From Geosiphon pyriformis uo1 (Eukaryota > Fungi > Glomeromycota), in NCBI GenBank assembly GCA_016748015.1, contig JAAOMT010000531.1:310001-374000 (forward strand): 64,000 bases of DNA, in the 5' to 3' direction. This document shows, piece by piece, positions 37,252-51,060 of this stretch. Positions within the stretch are counted from its first letter, which is position 1, and each line of letters begins with the position of its first letter. Below the pieces are notes generated by a model that saw only the letters and a list, made by a program, of their open reading frames with translations, was not told the origin of the DNA and did no database searches. The position numbers were made by a program, and so were the translations under genes.

Positions 37252-40200
37252 ATAATTTTTTCTTAAGATTAAGCTTTATTAAAATCTAAATACTATTTGT
37301 AATTTTGTAATAATAATTCAAAATTATTAAAATTTCAGTTCTGTAAGTTTTTTAATATATTAAATTTTTAGGAGTTAGAAAATCAAATTTTATAAAATAT
37401 TTTCACAAGTATAAAATAAATTATAAAGTCTAAAAGCTATTTTAAGTTTGTAACAAATATTTTTTGGTTTGGCTTTTGTTTTAAATTTATTATAAAGTTG
37501 TTTTTGAATAGTTTTAAATATAAAATTTACTGTTTTGAGCTTCAATCTTTTTTTGTAAAGTATTTTTTCAATATAAAAATATTTATAAATTAGAAAATAT
37601 TTGTTGTTTTGTTTATTAAAACACTATTAAAGTTTTTGTTAAATTGTAGTATTTGGTAAAATATTAATAAAAGTAAATATTATTATAGATAAACTTAGTA
37701 GAATAAAATTGTAACTTTTAGTATTTGTAATTTAGAAGTTGATTAAGCATAGATGTAATAATTTTTTTAATTACATTAGTTATTAATTTTTAAAAGCTTT
37801 TTTATTTAAAGTTATATTTACTAAGTTTTTTGTTATAAGGCACAGAATTCTGGTTTTTTTAATTGTTATTGTAGTTATATTTGTATTTTTCTCTAAACTA
37901 GTAAATACAGTTATTAGAATTTGGCATTGTTTTTTCACTTTTCTAATAAGTTTATAAGATAAATTTAATATTCAAATTTAAAAAAAGCTTTTTTTTTTAC
38001 CAGATTATTATAAAGTTTATTTTTAAACAATTAATTTTTTACAAGAGAAAAATCAAAAAAATAAAACAAAAAAAAACAAAAAAAAAAGAGAAATTAGTAT
38101 TATTAATTGTCATAATTAAAAGTAATTAATTTAAGTTATTAGAATTTTAAAGCTGTTTATATTATTATAGTTGAAACTCTTATTTTTTATTGGTTATTAT
38201 ATGTATTAGCCACTAATATTATATAATTAATTATCTTATTTTTAGATAGTAATTATTAACTTGATTATTAATCTAATTATTAACCTGGTTATTGACCACT
38301 TTTAATAGCTATATAAGCAATAAATCTCTTAGCTATAGAAAAGCATATAGAAATAAAATAACAACTCTTATCTTAATTTTTCTTTTATTACTAATTTTTT
38401 TTTCCCTACTTTCAAGTATCTAAACATTTTGAGATAAAAGATTACTTGTTAGTTATTATCTACTCTTTTTTTAACTCATATAATTGTAATATTTGAAAAT
38501 TATTGAATAAAATATAACTAAAAAACACATTTAATACTTGATATTAAATTCTAAAAGTGCTAATATGAGACATAAAATTATATTAGTATGTTATTATTTG
38601 TTAACAATATGAATTATTTTTCTACTTTCAGATTCTCTGGTTATTTTTTGAAAAAAATAGTGACTAAAATAATTTATAAAACTGATCTTACATATTAAAT
38701 TTATACTTATTCAATTTGCTTTTTAAAGTTGAATTTTCTTTGATTGATTTTATTACCATACAATTTTGTTTTTTCTTGTTATCTGTTAGCTTATTACTCT
38801 AATTCATAATAATATTAATAATATTTAACCTAAAATAAAGATAACAAAAGCAATTAATTTGATTTTTAATAATTAAAATATTAAAATTATATAAGATAAT
38901 TTAAAATAAAAAGATTATATTAAACTGATTTACTAATAAATATAATAAAATTAATTTAGATTATGATTAAGATATTTAATAAAAAAATAATTTTTGTTCT
39001 TTTTTGCTTTTTTATTTTATTTTTTTATTTGTTAAAACTACTTATTTTTATATATATTCTCTAGTTCTATAAGATTGCTTTCAATTGCTTATTATTATTA
39101 ATTATTGTTTGTTATTTTCATTATTGCTTTGTTTTTTTATGCTATAACTAGTTATTTTGTGCTATTTTATATTATTGTATATTATTTTGTATTATTCTAA
39201 GTTATTTTATGTTATTCTGTATTGTTTTGTATTATTATATTTTTTCTATGTTCTTATATATTAGTCATATTTTTTTTAATAATTTTTGAATTGGGTTTTC
39301 TACTTAAATAATAACTTTAAATTTTTTTTTTAAGCTTGTTTTAAAAGTTTTAATAAGTAAATTTCAGAATAATTTCTTGTGTTTTTTTTATAAAGATGGT
39401 AATTTTATGAATTTATGATTAAAATTGTAACAAATTCTGTTTAAATATAATTAATGTGTTTTCTAATAATAGTTATAAATAATTTGAATAGTATATTTAA
39501 GACTAATATTAGTTTTTAAGATAATTATTGAATGTTTTAAAGAATAGTTATAATAAACTTATTAAAGATAAAAAAAATAAAATTTTTATTTTTGGTATGT
39601 AAGTTTATATATTATTTTTGTTTTGTTTTTTTATGTAATTTTTAATTATTTTTGTAAAATAATTTTACTCATATAAAAATAAAATAAAAAAATTTAATTA
39701 TTAAATATTCAGATTTAAAAATTGTTTAATAACAAATATTAATTCTAAATTTCAGAAAATATCTTTAAAATTAACCAAAAAAAATTGTATACTAATTTGT
39801 GGAATTAGAAGTTTAGAATTAATTCTAAAATAATAGCATTTAAGTCTGTTATTATATGTAATTTTTTTTAAAATTTTATTATCAAATTTTAATTTATATA
39901 ATCTATTTTTTGAAATTTTATGTATATAAAATAGTTTATTCTATTTGTGATCAAATTTTTCACTTTATTGTTTTTTAGTCTTAGTTTTATGTAAGAAAAC
40001 TTTGTTTTTAACTTTAAATTTATTAATAATTGGTAGTAATTTATTGTTATAATATTTTTTTTGTTGAATTTAAGAGTATTTTATATATGTAACTGCAATT
40101 TAAAATTTTTTTTCTAATGTACTAAAAAGTATATAAGCTTTTTTTTGTAGTGTTTTTTAAAAGTTGTTTTCTATTATTGATTAAATTAGTTAAGATTTTA

Positions 40201-42850
40201 TTGTAAAATTAATTGGTAATATTATTGTTTTTTTATAGATTAGATTAAATAATATATGTTTTATTGTATCTTGTTTTAATGTTTTATATGCTAATAATAC
40301 TAATAAAATAAAGAAATTTTATTCTTGCTTAAAACTATTAAGATTTTGGCTAATAATTCACAAAATGTTTTATTAAAACATTTTACAAATTCATATGTTT
40401 ATAAATAATAAGACAAAAATAAAGATCTCTTAACATTAAATTGATTACAAATTTTTTGTATTAAGTTATTTATAAAATATGTTTTTTGATTAAATAAAAT
40501 TTTTATTAAGCAATTATGTCTACAAATAATGTTTTTATAGATAAAATTTGCAATTGATTTTGCATCTGTTTATTGAATTTTTTTTGCTTTAAGCTATTTA
40601 GTAAAATAATTTATTACAACTACAATATATCAGTTTTTTTGAGTTGTAATAAGTAGTAATTTGACTAAATTAATACCAACTTAATTAAAAAATTGTTTAA
40701 TATTAATTAAATTTAGAGATTTTATAAAGTGTGTTTCTTTTTTTCTTTAATAATTATTTCAAATTTTGAAATATTGATAAATTTTTTTTTATTTGGAACC
40801 AAAAATATTGTTTTAATGTACTTTAAATTTATTGTGTAAAAAATATTGTTTTGTTTAATGTTATAATTAATGTTTTTTATTAAAAAACCAAGTTTTTAGT
40901 ATTGTAAATATCTTTAAGTATTGTTTAAAGTTATTATAATTTTTGGGATCTATTGTTTATTGTTTGTTGCTATTTAATTAAATTAAATAGTGTTTGTAAT
41001 TTTTAATTTTGTCTTATTTTGAAAAAACAATTAATATTTATATATAATTTTCTTAATTTGTAATATACAATGTATTTATAGTTTGCAAAAAATTTATTCT
41101 AATAGATTTATTTGGTATTTAATTTGGAGCTTTTGTTTTGTAACTATTTGAATTTAATATTATTAGTAACAATATTGAATTTTTTAAATTTAAAATATAT
41201 ATTAAAATAATAAAAAGTCTAAATTTCTGTTATTGTTTTTAATTTAATAACAAAGTAATTTTTTATTTTTTATTTTAATGTTTTATTAACATAAACAATT
41301 ATTTGTTCATTGCTATTGTTATTTAGTTAAGATAAAATAGTATTAAAAACTGTGTATAAAGTATTTATAACTAATTAAAATTTTTTATTATAGTTGAAAT
41401 AAGCTAAAATTAAAACTGTTATTGGTTTTTTCTTAAGAATATTAAAGATTTTTTGCTGTTTTAAAGTTTATTTATATTTTATGTTTTTGTTAATCAAATA
41501 ATTTAAAAGTTTAGTAATTTCAAAAAATTTTTTGATAAATTTTTGATAATAAGATATTAATTCTGTAAATTTTTTTAATTTAATAATATTTTAAAAAATT
41601 TTGAAATTTTTAATCATACTAAATTTTTTTAAATCTGGTTTAATTTTTTTTCACTAATAATATAATCAAAAAAAACCAAACTTGTTTTTTTAAAATAGTA
41701 TTTTTTTATGTTTAATTTCAATTCTGTTTTTTATAATAATTAAAAAACTTTTTACAAGTAAATTAAATAAGCTTTAAATAATAATAAGTAGATATTAATA
41801 TTATTAAGATAAACAACTATTGATTTTCAAAAAAATTCAATATAAATAACATTTATAAGTTGTTAGAATATTGTTAGTATATTATATAATCTAAAAAACA
41901 TTATTTTAATCTCATAATTTTTATTTAAGTTGTAAAAAATGTTTTTAGATAATTTTTAAAATTCATAATAATTTGTTAATATTTATTTTTCAAATTTAAT
42001 ATTGAAAAGTATTTTAACTTGTTAAGTATATCTAGTATATTATTAATTTGGAACAAAAAATAAGTGTTTTTAATTATAACACTATTTAATTAGCAATAGT
42101 TAACATAAAAATAAATTTTTTTTTTAACAAAAATTATTAATAAAGTTTAAAAACTTATTAATAGTTAAATAAGTCTATTATTGAATATATATTAAATTTC
42201 TTCTTAAATAAATTGGTGGTTTTTAAATAAGACTTAGTAAATTTGTTGTTATCTTAATTTTGTATCTTTAATATAAATTTGATATTAAACCAGATCAGTT
42301 TTTTTAAGATTATTGTTTTTTCAGCAAATATGTTTGTATATTTTATAATTAATTTTTTAAATTGTTTTTGTTATTATAATTCTAATTGTTTTATGTTGAT
42401 TTGAAATAATTTTTGTTAATAAAAGTTAAGTTAAATTTTAAAAAAGAATGTCTAATTATTTCTGTAAAATTTGAAACTTTTTGTAATAGTTTTTGTTAAA
42501 AGATATTATTATAAATAATTCTAATTTCTAAATAATTATTTAAAATAATAGAGTAGTTATTAAGATTGTAAAATACAATATTAAATTCCTTAATTTTTTT
42601 AGACAAATAAATATTTGAAATTGAAATTTTATATTCTTTGCAGATTTTTACATTAAATTCAAATAATAATTGTTTTTAGTAGTCTAAAAATCTGATAAAA
42701 TTTATTATATATGTTAAAAACTATATTTATTGGAATTGTAAATTATCCAATTAATTTAAAGTCTTAAATTTTTCTTTTATTATTGTTAAGTTTTTCTTAA
42801 TTTTTAACTAATTGCAAACCCAAAATGTTAATTTAATTTAATGAGTAAGA
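37252..42850 (-). mobile_element. Gypsy-D: very old, extremely AT-shifted Ty3/Gypsy relic (RT, RNase H, IN, ORF3 end, PPT)
   Basis: Minus-strand ghosts: *KSIVVYLNNINIY (YLDD, ~41790-41830), VGINLVKLLLITTQKN*YIVVVINYFTK*LKA (integrase, ~40590-40690); 37255-37290 resembles the Gypsy-C ORF3 end/PPT. Boundaries approximate. Confidence 0.75.
37681..39313 (-). repeat. Decayed Gypsy-B-family LTR (probably solo) inside Gypsy-D, lengthened by a further insertion
   Basis: tattatagataaacttagt ~ tgttacagataaacttggt; ttagaatttggcattg, ttttaccag, gattgctttcaattg and tacttaaataata match the B LTR in order; ~600 bp longer than B LTRs. Confidence 0.75.
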
Positions 42851-43638
42851 TTTAAACACTACTTAATACAATACTTAATAATATACAAATATAAAAAACA
42901 CAAATAAAATAAAAATAATAAAATGTTTTAACAGTTTTTTGGTTCTTAATAGTAAAAAAATTATTAAAAGCAAGTTTTTTATGTTGTTTTTTAATAATAA
43001 TTTATTGCTTTATACACAATAATAATAATTAAAACTTTTTTTCCAATTAAAATATAAGTTTACAATTATTGGTGTTTCTATAAATGTGTTTGTTTGGCTT
43101 TTCAAGCATTTAAAGTTTCTTGCTTGCACAATAAATTGCAATTGCTTGTTAAATAACTTAAACAGAAAATTAGTAATCAAGTTTTATAGAAAATTATATG
43201 AAAGAATTTTTGTAAAGCAATTAAAATCTTTTAGATCTTGGTTTTCTTTCTTCAACTTGAATTAAGTTTTTCTTAGGCCTTTTGATATATATATATTTTC
43301 CTTTCAAACCAAACATTTGAGTACGTCTATCGTTCCAATCTTCAAAGACATCTTGTTTGTAATAATAAAAGAGCTAAACAAATGTTTGAAAGCTTGAGAA
43401 GCAGTACTCCATGGCGAATTGACATTTACATAGCATTGCTATAGTGTAAAGATGGTCAATGAATTTGGCACATCATGCTGCTAAAAGCTAAATTATTACA
43501 CATTTTCAATTTTTTACTTGACCGAAAATTTTTAAATCACAGATTGATCAGCAACAGCGCGTAACATTTTTCCCAAAGCCCGACTCATTGAAAAAACTGG
43601 GATAATCAAACCTTGTGACCTCTTTCAGAAGCAGAAAA

Positions 43639-44040
43639 ATGGCCCTTCGGATTTCGACGCCAAGATTAACTAGTGCAATCACTCTTAACTCTTTCGCACC
43701 GCAGTTTCTCGGTCAGCTGCGATTGCCTTCATTTTTATCAATTTACCAATGGCGAGACACTTGGCAAAGGGCGAGTTTATCGGCAGTATTGGCTGAAATC
43801 TTCGGTCCGTTCTTATGGGCTGTACCAAAGCAAAAGACTTCATACAGAAGGAAACGTATTCGCGCAATGGCCAACAGTTCCCTTAAAGACGTTACTAATT
43901 TCGGCAAATGTATGGGCTGTGGTCGGCTAAAGAGATCCCACCATCTCTGCGAATTTTGTTACAAGGATTTTTGTCGACGAGCAAAGAAAGAACGCCGAGC
44001 TGGGACATCGGACGGCGATGGAATATATGAATCTAAATAA
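43639..44040 (+). CDS. MRPL32: Mitochondrial ribosomal protein bL32m precursor (133 aa, single exon)
   Basis: Presequence followed by WAVPKQKTSYRRKRIR and CMGC...HHLCEFC zinc motif. Confidence 0.93.
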   Translation: MALRISTPRLTSAITLNSFAPQFLGQLRLPSFLSIYQWRDTWQRASLSAVLAEIFGPFLWAVPKQKTSYRRKRIRAMANSSLKDVTNFGKCMGCGRLKRSHHLCEFCYKDFCRRAKKERRAGTSDGDGIYESK

Positions 44041-44304
44041 ATAAATTCAACATCACATTGAAGCTTGTTTTAATTCCCTGAATTTCTACTTCTCAAGTCT
44101 TGGATCATTATATTTATTAAACGAAGTTTGGCAAAGACTATAATACTTAAACTTGCAGTAATTTCAACCCCGTTTGGGCTAAACCACTTTGAAAGGGGAA
44201 ATAGATACATGCCAAGGGCGCGGGGATACTAATGATTTGCATCATGATTTTGGAGACCTTGATACCAAAAAAGGAATTAAATAGCTCTCCCTGAGACACA
44301 AATC

Positions 44305-47300
44305 TTACAATTTTTTACCCTTATATCCTTCTTTCTCCGCTAGATTGTGGTAAAATTCATTGAAATCTAGCCTTACACTAAGGAATCTTAAATCGGTATC
44401 ATGATGATGAGCAAGCGCAGTTAAAAGACTCATCAACTCATTCTAAAATTAGATTAATAATTAAACTTGGCTAAAGTATTCGTGGAAAACTTGTGGTACA
44501 CCCACCTTGAAGTTACCAGACACTTCAATCAATTGTTGCTGAATAGGTCTCAAGTTAGTTTTCAAGTCTTGTTGTTCTGATATGTTTTCCTTAAATTCCG
44601 AGTACCTACTTTTACGCTAAAAAAGGACGAGAAACAAATAATTGAGAAGATAAGGAAAAATTAAGCTGTAAAGACTCGCACTTTACCTCTTCTGATTCAT
44701 AGCGGAATTTATCGCGACGCATCATCTCTCTGGCAGCAAACAAATATAATTCTTCCTATGGAAAAATGCTAAATGATTCAAGATTGATTTTCTATTAAAA
44801 ACAAAAAGCATGCGTGAACTATACCAGCGCATTCAAGTACTGTAAGATATAGGCGATTATCTTTGATAACCTCGACAAGTAATTCTGAGTTCCAAATACG
44901 AATAAATAAACATTTTTTGAAATTAAAGACCATTTTCAAATTTTGTGATTTTTACCTGATTATTGGAGGTCCCGAGAAAACTCTTCGAGGTGACATTGTT
45001 CAGGTAACTATTATGTGCCTCAATGAGGGAGTCAAGATCGCCGGATTTCTTCTCGATATCCGTAACCAACTCATCCCATGAACACTCGACAACCTCATAA
45101 AAAACAAAAAAATTATAAAATTAAAATTCATGAAATTTTAACTTTGGTTTAATAACAATAACCTACCTCAAATAAAATGTAGTATTGAAGTTGATAAACA
45201 AAGTGTATCATTTCATTGCAAACCGTCCTGCTCGTGTTTATATCCTTTTTCAATTCTGCGATAATGACGATGGAAAATAGGTTGCTGTCCAAAGAAAAAT
45301 TCCAAAAGATCATGATTTAAAATTGAATTAGGTACCTTCAATTTGGTTCAAATTCCTCGCGCCAGTTGTTTGTCGGCGCCAAGCATCAGATAGACAATAC
45401 TCTACACGCTTTAGACGCCACAAGAAATTGAATAACTTGAGATATTGATGCATCGCTTGTGGTGTGAAGATTGTGTTAATCGGTGAATCCACGTGATAGT
45501 CTAAACTGAAAACATCCCAGCCACAATCACCGGAAGAAACCTGGGATGAATTTCAGGTGTTCCAATTAGTATAATTCGTTTAAATTCAACGAACATAACT
45601 GTTCTACCTCTAGCAATCTGACATCTAATCGACGCAGTATGTCAGGATCATCATATTGAGCATTTGAGGCGCGAACAGCCGCTTCTAACGTACCCGTGAG
45701 ATTGTGCCGATACAAAGTGTTGGCTGCTTTTGAGAGTCCTGGTCTTTTCAAGATTACTTTTAGCATCACTTAAATATAAGCGATATAGAGAGGGGACTGT
45801 CAAAGACTTACCCTAACTGACCCATCAAATATTGTATGAAATCGCCTTGGCCTAGCAACAAATAACGCTTGAGAGCAGTAAAGTGCTCCATAAGTCGGTA
45901 TTTTAGATACAAAATGTTTAGTAAACGTTTGCTTGTCGCAGTATAGGTAGCATCGATAGAATGCTCAAGCGCAATGATATCCCCATATCTAAACACTGAA
46001 ATATGTTTCAAGAGATATATGAAAAAACTTTAAAAAGAACAGAGTTTAAGAAGTTCCTACATTTATCAGAACCAGTTGCTTTGCGCTGCGTAGTCACCCA
46101 GTCATTATCGTGACAGCTATATCGGATAAAATTCAATGACTTGCCAATTGAAAAAATCTATTTATAATAGAAATTGAATATCACTCTGTGTAAGCAAAAA
46201 GCGAATCAAAAAACCATATTTAAATCTACCTTTTTCGCAAGGGATGTGCTGATAAAGGAGGGTTGCATGTGTGACCGTATTGAGTATTTCAATTGCCATA
46301 AATCCTCTTCTTCCACGTTTACATCACATGCAACAAAGAATTCTTCAAAAGGATCTTCCAACTCCCCCTCATAAATCCACCTTTGCAACATTTCATAGAA
46401 TGGTCTAGACACCTATATTGATATGAACTTCATTTATCCGTCGTTGATTTACAACAGAAAAAAAATGATTTAGAGAAAAAAGTTCAACCTCTTCCAACAT
46501 ATTATTAATGAATTTTTGATTGAACGGATCCCCATGATTGGTATGTTTGTATATAATAGATACCAAAGCTCCACCTCTTTGATCTTGACAACCATTTACT
46601 AACACGGACATCAACCGTAATTTTGCTAGTGATTCTTGTGTCCAAACTAAGAGACGTTTCAATGAAAGTCCTTGTGCTATAAAATGCTGGTTTTCTAATT
46701 GCTTAGTGATATGCGCCTCCAAAACGGCCATCAATTTAAAATACTCGGTGAGTTCTCGCTGCAAGGCGGAGCAGAAAGCCTAGAAATTGATAATAAGATC
46801 CCAATAAATCAATTCCGAGCTTAATATGTATTAAATGTAAGAAATTTTGATTACCTGGCCAACTAGTCCAATCGAGGAATCATTTACTCTTGTTTTAACA
46901 AATGAATCAACCCGTCGATATAGCAAACCTAATTCGGAAAGTTTTGTAATAAGGTCTCGAGTAGGCCGTGGGACACCGACCTAAGATATATAGATTAAAT
47001 GATTACATAAGACTAGAAATGTATGTTATCCAAATTAACAATGAAATATACCTTGGGATCTACTATGTAGGAATCAGATTCGGTGTTGAATTTGATAAAC
47101 TGACCGTCAATGCCTTGAAATACATATACAACATCTCGTAGTAATAACACTTCAGAGATTTCATATTTAGCTTGGAGGATGGCAGACCATTATTAATAAT
47201 GAATATTGAGAAGTCAAAATAAATTAGAATGATCCAAATGTGTACTAACTATTGAGTCCAGCAGAGTGTTTTCGCAAAATAGCCTCGGGTGATAAGGCAT

Positions 47301-48350
47301 CCCCGCTAAAGAGCTTTTCCCCTATGGTTGCTGATTTAATCTTAGTGCTGGACGTGTTGGAAAGAAATGGAACATTGGGCATAAAATGATTATCGGGATC
47401 ATTGGAATAGTTTTTTTTGGATATGTCTACCAGTCCCCGGGAAGCAAATGTTTGTTCTATTGGCTGATATGGTGGTGTAGGAGTTGATTATATTAATTGA
47501 TGTATGTGAAAAGCCACTCCTAATTTAATTCGACTTTTTAGGGTCTGTTGGAATAAATTTATAGCAGCTGGTATGTCATAGTAGATGTTGGAAAACAATG
47601 AAACCCATCCATTTGATAAAGAGATAGACTATGGATTCATTACCCCAATTGTTTCCCTAAAAGTGGATTGATCACTAAGTGATAAAAGGAAATATAAAAT
47701 CGACCATCTTCGAGACAAGATGGACTAGAAATTTAAGATGAAGAATATGTTTTATGGATTAGAAAACCATCCAAGATCAAAGGATTACAGGAATCTTGGT
47801 TACCTGTGATTGCAACTTTGTAAATAGATTGCTGAACCTTAATGCTTTTATGGAAGATTTATTTTCCCGAACCACTAGAGGAATCGTATAAGAAGGGCTT
47901 TATTCAGCAAATTTAAATATTTTCCTCAATTAAAACTTATAGCTTTGTACATTTTTTCTTGATGTTATCAGAAACGTGTAATTCATCATTGACCAAAGTT
48001 GGAGTCAAACGACTAAAAAAAGCAACCAATTAAAACATGAAGTTAGCTGTAAAATCTTCCATAGTTAAGTTGGTTATAAGACGTTCAGAAAGCGCAAGTA
48101 TAGTTTTTCACCTTCCCAATATTCGTGTGCAATATTCAAAGATTTGTTGTTCACGTGGTGATAATGAATCATCGTCTAAATGATTTAGGCAGGCAGAGCC
48201 AGAAGCTTTTCCGATATCGTTAACTTTGAAAGAACTCTCGCGTATAAAACACTTTACTAAAGATTTGAGAGTTCTTGATAGGTGATCACTTTCTCGGTCC
48301 CCAACCTTTTTCGGCACCACAGTCGCGTTCGCGTTAGCGTTATCACACAT
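44305..48350 (-). CDS. SPC98: Gamma-tubulin complex component 3 (Spc98/GCP3), multi-exon
   Basis: [92 protein letters not shown]; GT-AG introns; TAA 44305-44307. Confidence 0.92.
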
Positions 48351-49274
48351 ATCGGTAAAGCGCAGTAATGTAAATCAAAAGGATTAGTGATTTTATTTGC
48401 CACCAAAATTAATGAATATTAAAAAATTTTGGCTATTTAATCGCATCTTTTTGCCTTCACCTACGCGAACTTTTACTTCCAAGTTTGACCAACTTTGTGA
48501 GAAAAATATTATAAAACGATAATTTTGAGATAAGGTATTTTTATATCTTTTTTTTTAATAACAACTACAACGGTAACATTAACAACGACAACGACAACGT
48601 AAAAAACGGAAAGGAATTTGAAGAAATAATAAAGGAATTTAAGAAATATGAAGATGCAAGGTGAGCATAGTTTCATTAAGTTTTTTGTTGAATCGTCATC
48701 CGAAGTTACGCTGCAACTAGGTGTTCAATCATGAAATCGAAAGTGCATCGTGGCCATGGCATTGAACATGTCATGAACGTTCTTTCACGAGACCCCCAGT
48801 TGTAAACTGCCAATTCGTATTCTTGACGGTGGCGGTATAAATTCTCATTTTTATTTTTATTTGATAGGCACTCACCAGGTGAGTACTATCCAGATACGAT
48901 AGAAACATGACTATCAGTATCTTAGCAACTCCTTCCACAGATAGATTTACTTTACAAACAGTAAGAAGAGCTGAATCATCTCAATTTAACATATGAATTC
49001 GAATCAACTCGTCAGATCGAAGAGTTGGTTCGACGAGTCAATATACCTTTTGTTTTTCATATTTATTTTATTATCATGTATTTTATATAGATCTTAATAT
49101 CGACCCGAGTTAATAATAATTAAGCTTTTTATAACTTGATAGATTGTATGATTACCATGTTGACACCTATCAAATTATATGGTAGAAAACTTTGAATAAA
49201 GATTTTAAACTTCGGTTGTCATTTAGATTCCCAACCAAACAAGCTTCATCATCAGTTTGTTCTTTCACGCGCTT

Positions 49275-51060
49275 CTATTGATTCTCATTTCGTTTTGCGT
49301 CTGATTGTTCATCCCGCATCAACATATTCACCACCCCTTCAACAATCTGTGACACACTTTCATCCGTTTCTACGAGATGCATCTGACGAATCACGGGATA
49401 TACTTTTCGTTCCCGAAGGATATTACGACCAGCTCGTGTTGAGGTTAGCAGAACCAAGATTTCTAAGAGGGTTTGACGAAGGTGTGGATCTGGCTCACGC
49501 CTCTGAAGATGTAAATTTATTGAATTTTAATTTATGATGAATAAAAATTTTAGGAAATCAAATAATATCACCTTTTCTGATGGCAGAAACTGAATATCTT
49601 CTGGCATACCCTCCATGTCCTATAAAAAATCAAGAAAAAATGGCATCCTTTTATAAGATTGTTCGTCCCTTGTACAAGGTTTTAATGTAGATTTGATAGA
49701 AATAGATTCTCACGTCTGCATCAAATTCCTCGGGACCACAAAGGGGGAGTAGCACATAAGGCAAGATATTAATCTTCGATTCGGCTAATAAATCAAGATG
49801 ATGCTCTATACTGAAACAGCAGTTTCTAAAATATGAAAAACCAAAGAAAAAATAGATTAGAATGTACAAGACCACGAGAAATGCGTCTTTGATTATTCAT
49901 ATGAAGGTCTTACTTTATGCAAGAAATCACACCACCTCGCCGAATTATATTTGGGTGTTCGGTGAAAATAATCAATTTCGTAATCGGAGGCTGGTTATCG
50001 ACAGGCGAATTTGTCAAAAAAAAATTTCTCCCTGGTGGCAGCTGAGCAATAAATTAATGCGGTATGCCATCTGTGGTTTCAGAACAAATTTTGCAATCTA
50101 AGACGGCATCAAGTCTCGAAAGAAACCGACAAAGTACTTACAATCGTGATATTAGCAAATACACTAGCCAAAAAGTGGAACTCAGCATCTTTATTAAACG
50201 TCTTGTTAACTCCTTTTTCAAATACATCAATTAACTGATCTAGTGTCCCTGTTAACGTCGCTTGATTTGATGATGGGAATGAAAGGGTCAACATCCTGTT
50301 GGAGATTTGTTCATTTTTTGTGAGATTTGATAAGAGCATACATCCCAGATCTGCCAGGATGCTTATTGGATTCTTTGAAATTGGGTGAATTAATAGCAAT
50401 AGAAAAATATCGTGTTAATAAGTAAAATCAGGATCTTGTTTTCATGACCATGATTATGAATCTGTAAAATCGCGATCCTTTTAATTCATCAGAAAATGAA
50501 CGGAACGGAAATAAAATAAATATACACAAATAATGGAGACAAGGAATCTCAAAAACCCCTCATCGTCCAATTCTTTACGAATCTCGTTATCCTCTGAAAG
50601 GTTGATTAATGCTAAAAATGCGTCATGTGCAATCAACTTTAGAAATTTCAAGAGAAAAAATCAATCTTGATTTGAGATTTTTAACAAAAGCCGAATTTTG
50701 AAAGTGATCATATTATTAGATCAAAAAAATACCGGATTATCCATACACAAAATTTTAAGGTCTCGTGTGGGCTGTTTATTGTTCTTTTTGAAGATATGCT
50801 GAAGTTGGGATGATTTTGTAGTGTACCCGAGTAAATGGCTAAGAGCTACTCGCCGTACCTAAGAAATCAAAAAGTGTTTTAAAAATTATGTCGATTAGGT
50901 AATGATAATTAAATTTCCGACTTACATCCGGGTTACGATCATGAAGAAAACCGAGAAGCTTCCATTTCAAAGTATCTTGATTGTCAATTTGTATAATATA
51001 ATTTCAAAAAAACCCCTCAATGAAAAGAATCAAAGATACCTCTTGCAATTGTTCTTCCAT
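49275..51060 (-). CDS. HGH1: Hgh1 (eEF2 chaperone, FAM203 family), multi-exon
   Basis: MEEQLQELLGFLHDRNPDVR, LINLS, ADLGCMLLSNLTK, FLASVFANIT, RRGGVISCIKNCCF, NILPYVLLPLCGPEEF, LTSTRAGRNILRERKVYPVIRQMH. Confidence 0.92.

Noticed and set aside
43050-43480. Minus-strand frame (SPWSTASQAFKHLFSS...) decaying leftwards, weakly HMG-like
   Set aside because: Multiple stops and no diagnostic motif; cannot be assigned.
49130-49277. Open frame continuing after the HGH1 TAG (possible readthrough)
   Set aside because: Conserved Hgh1 sequence ends before the stop, the context is not a known readthrough motif, and the open frame could be chance.
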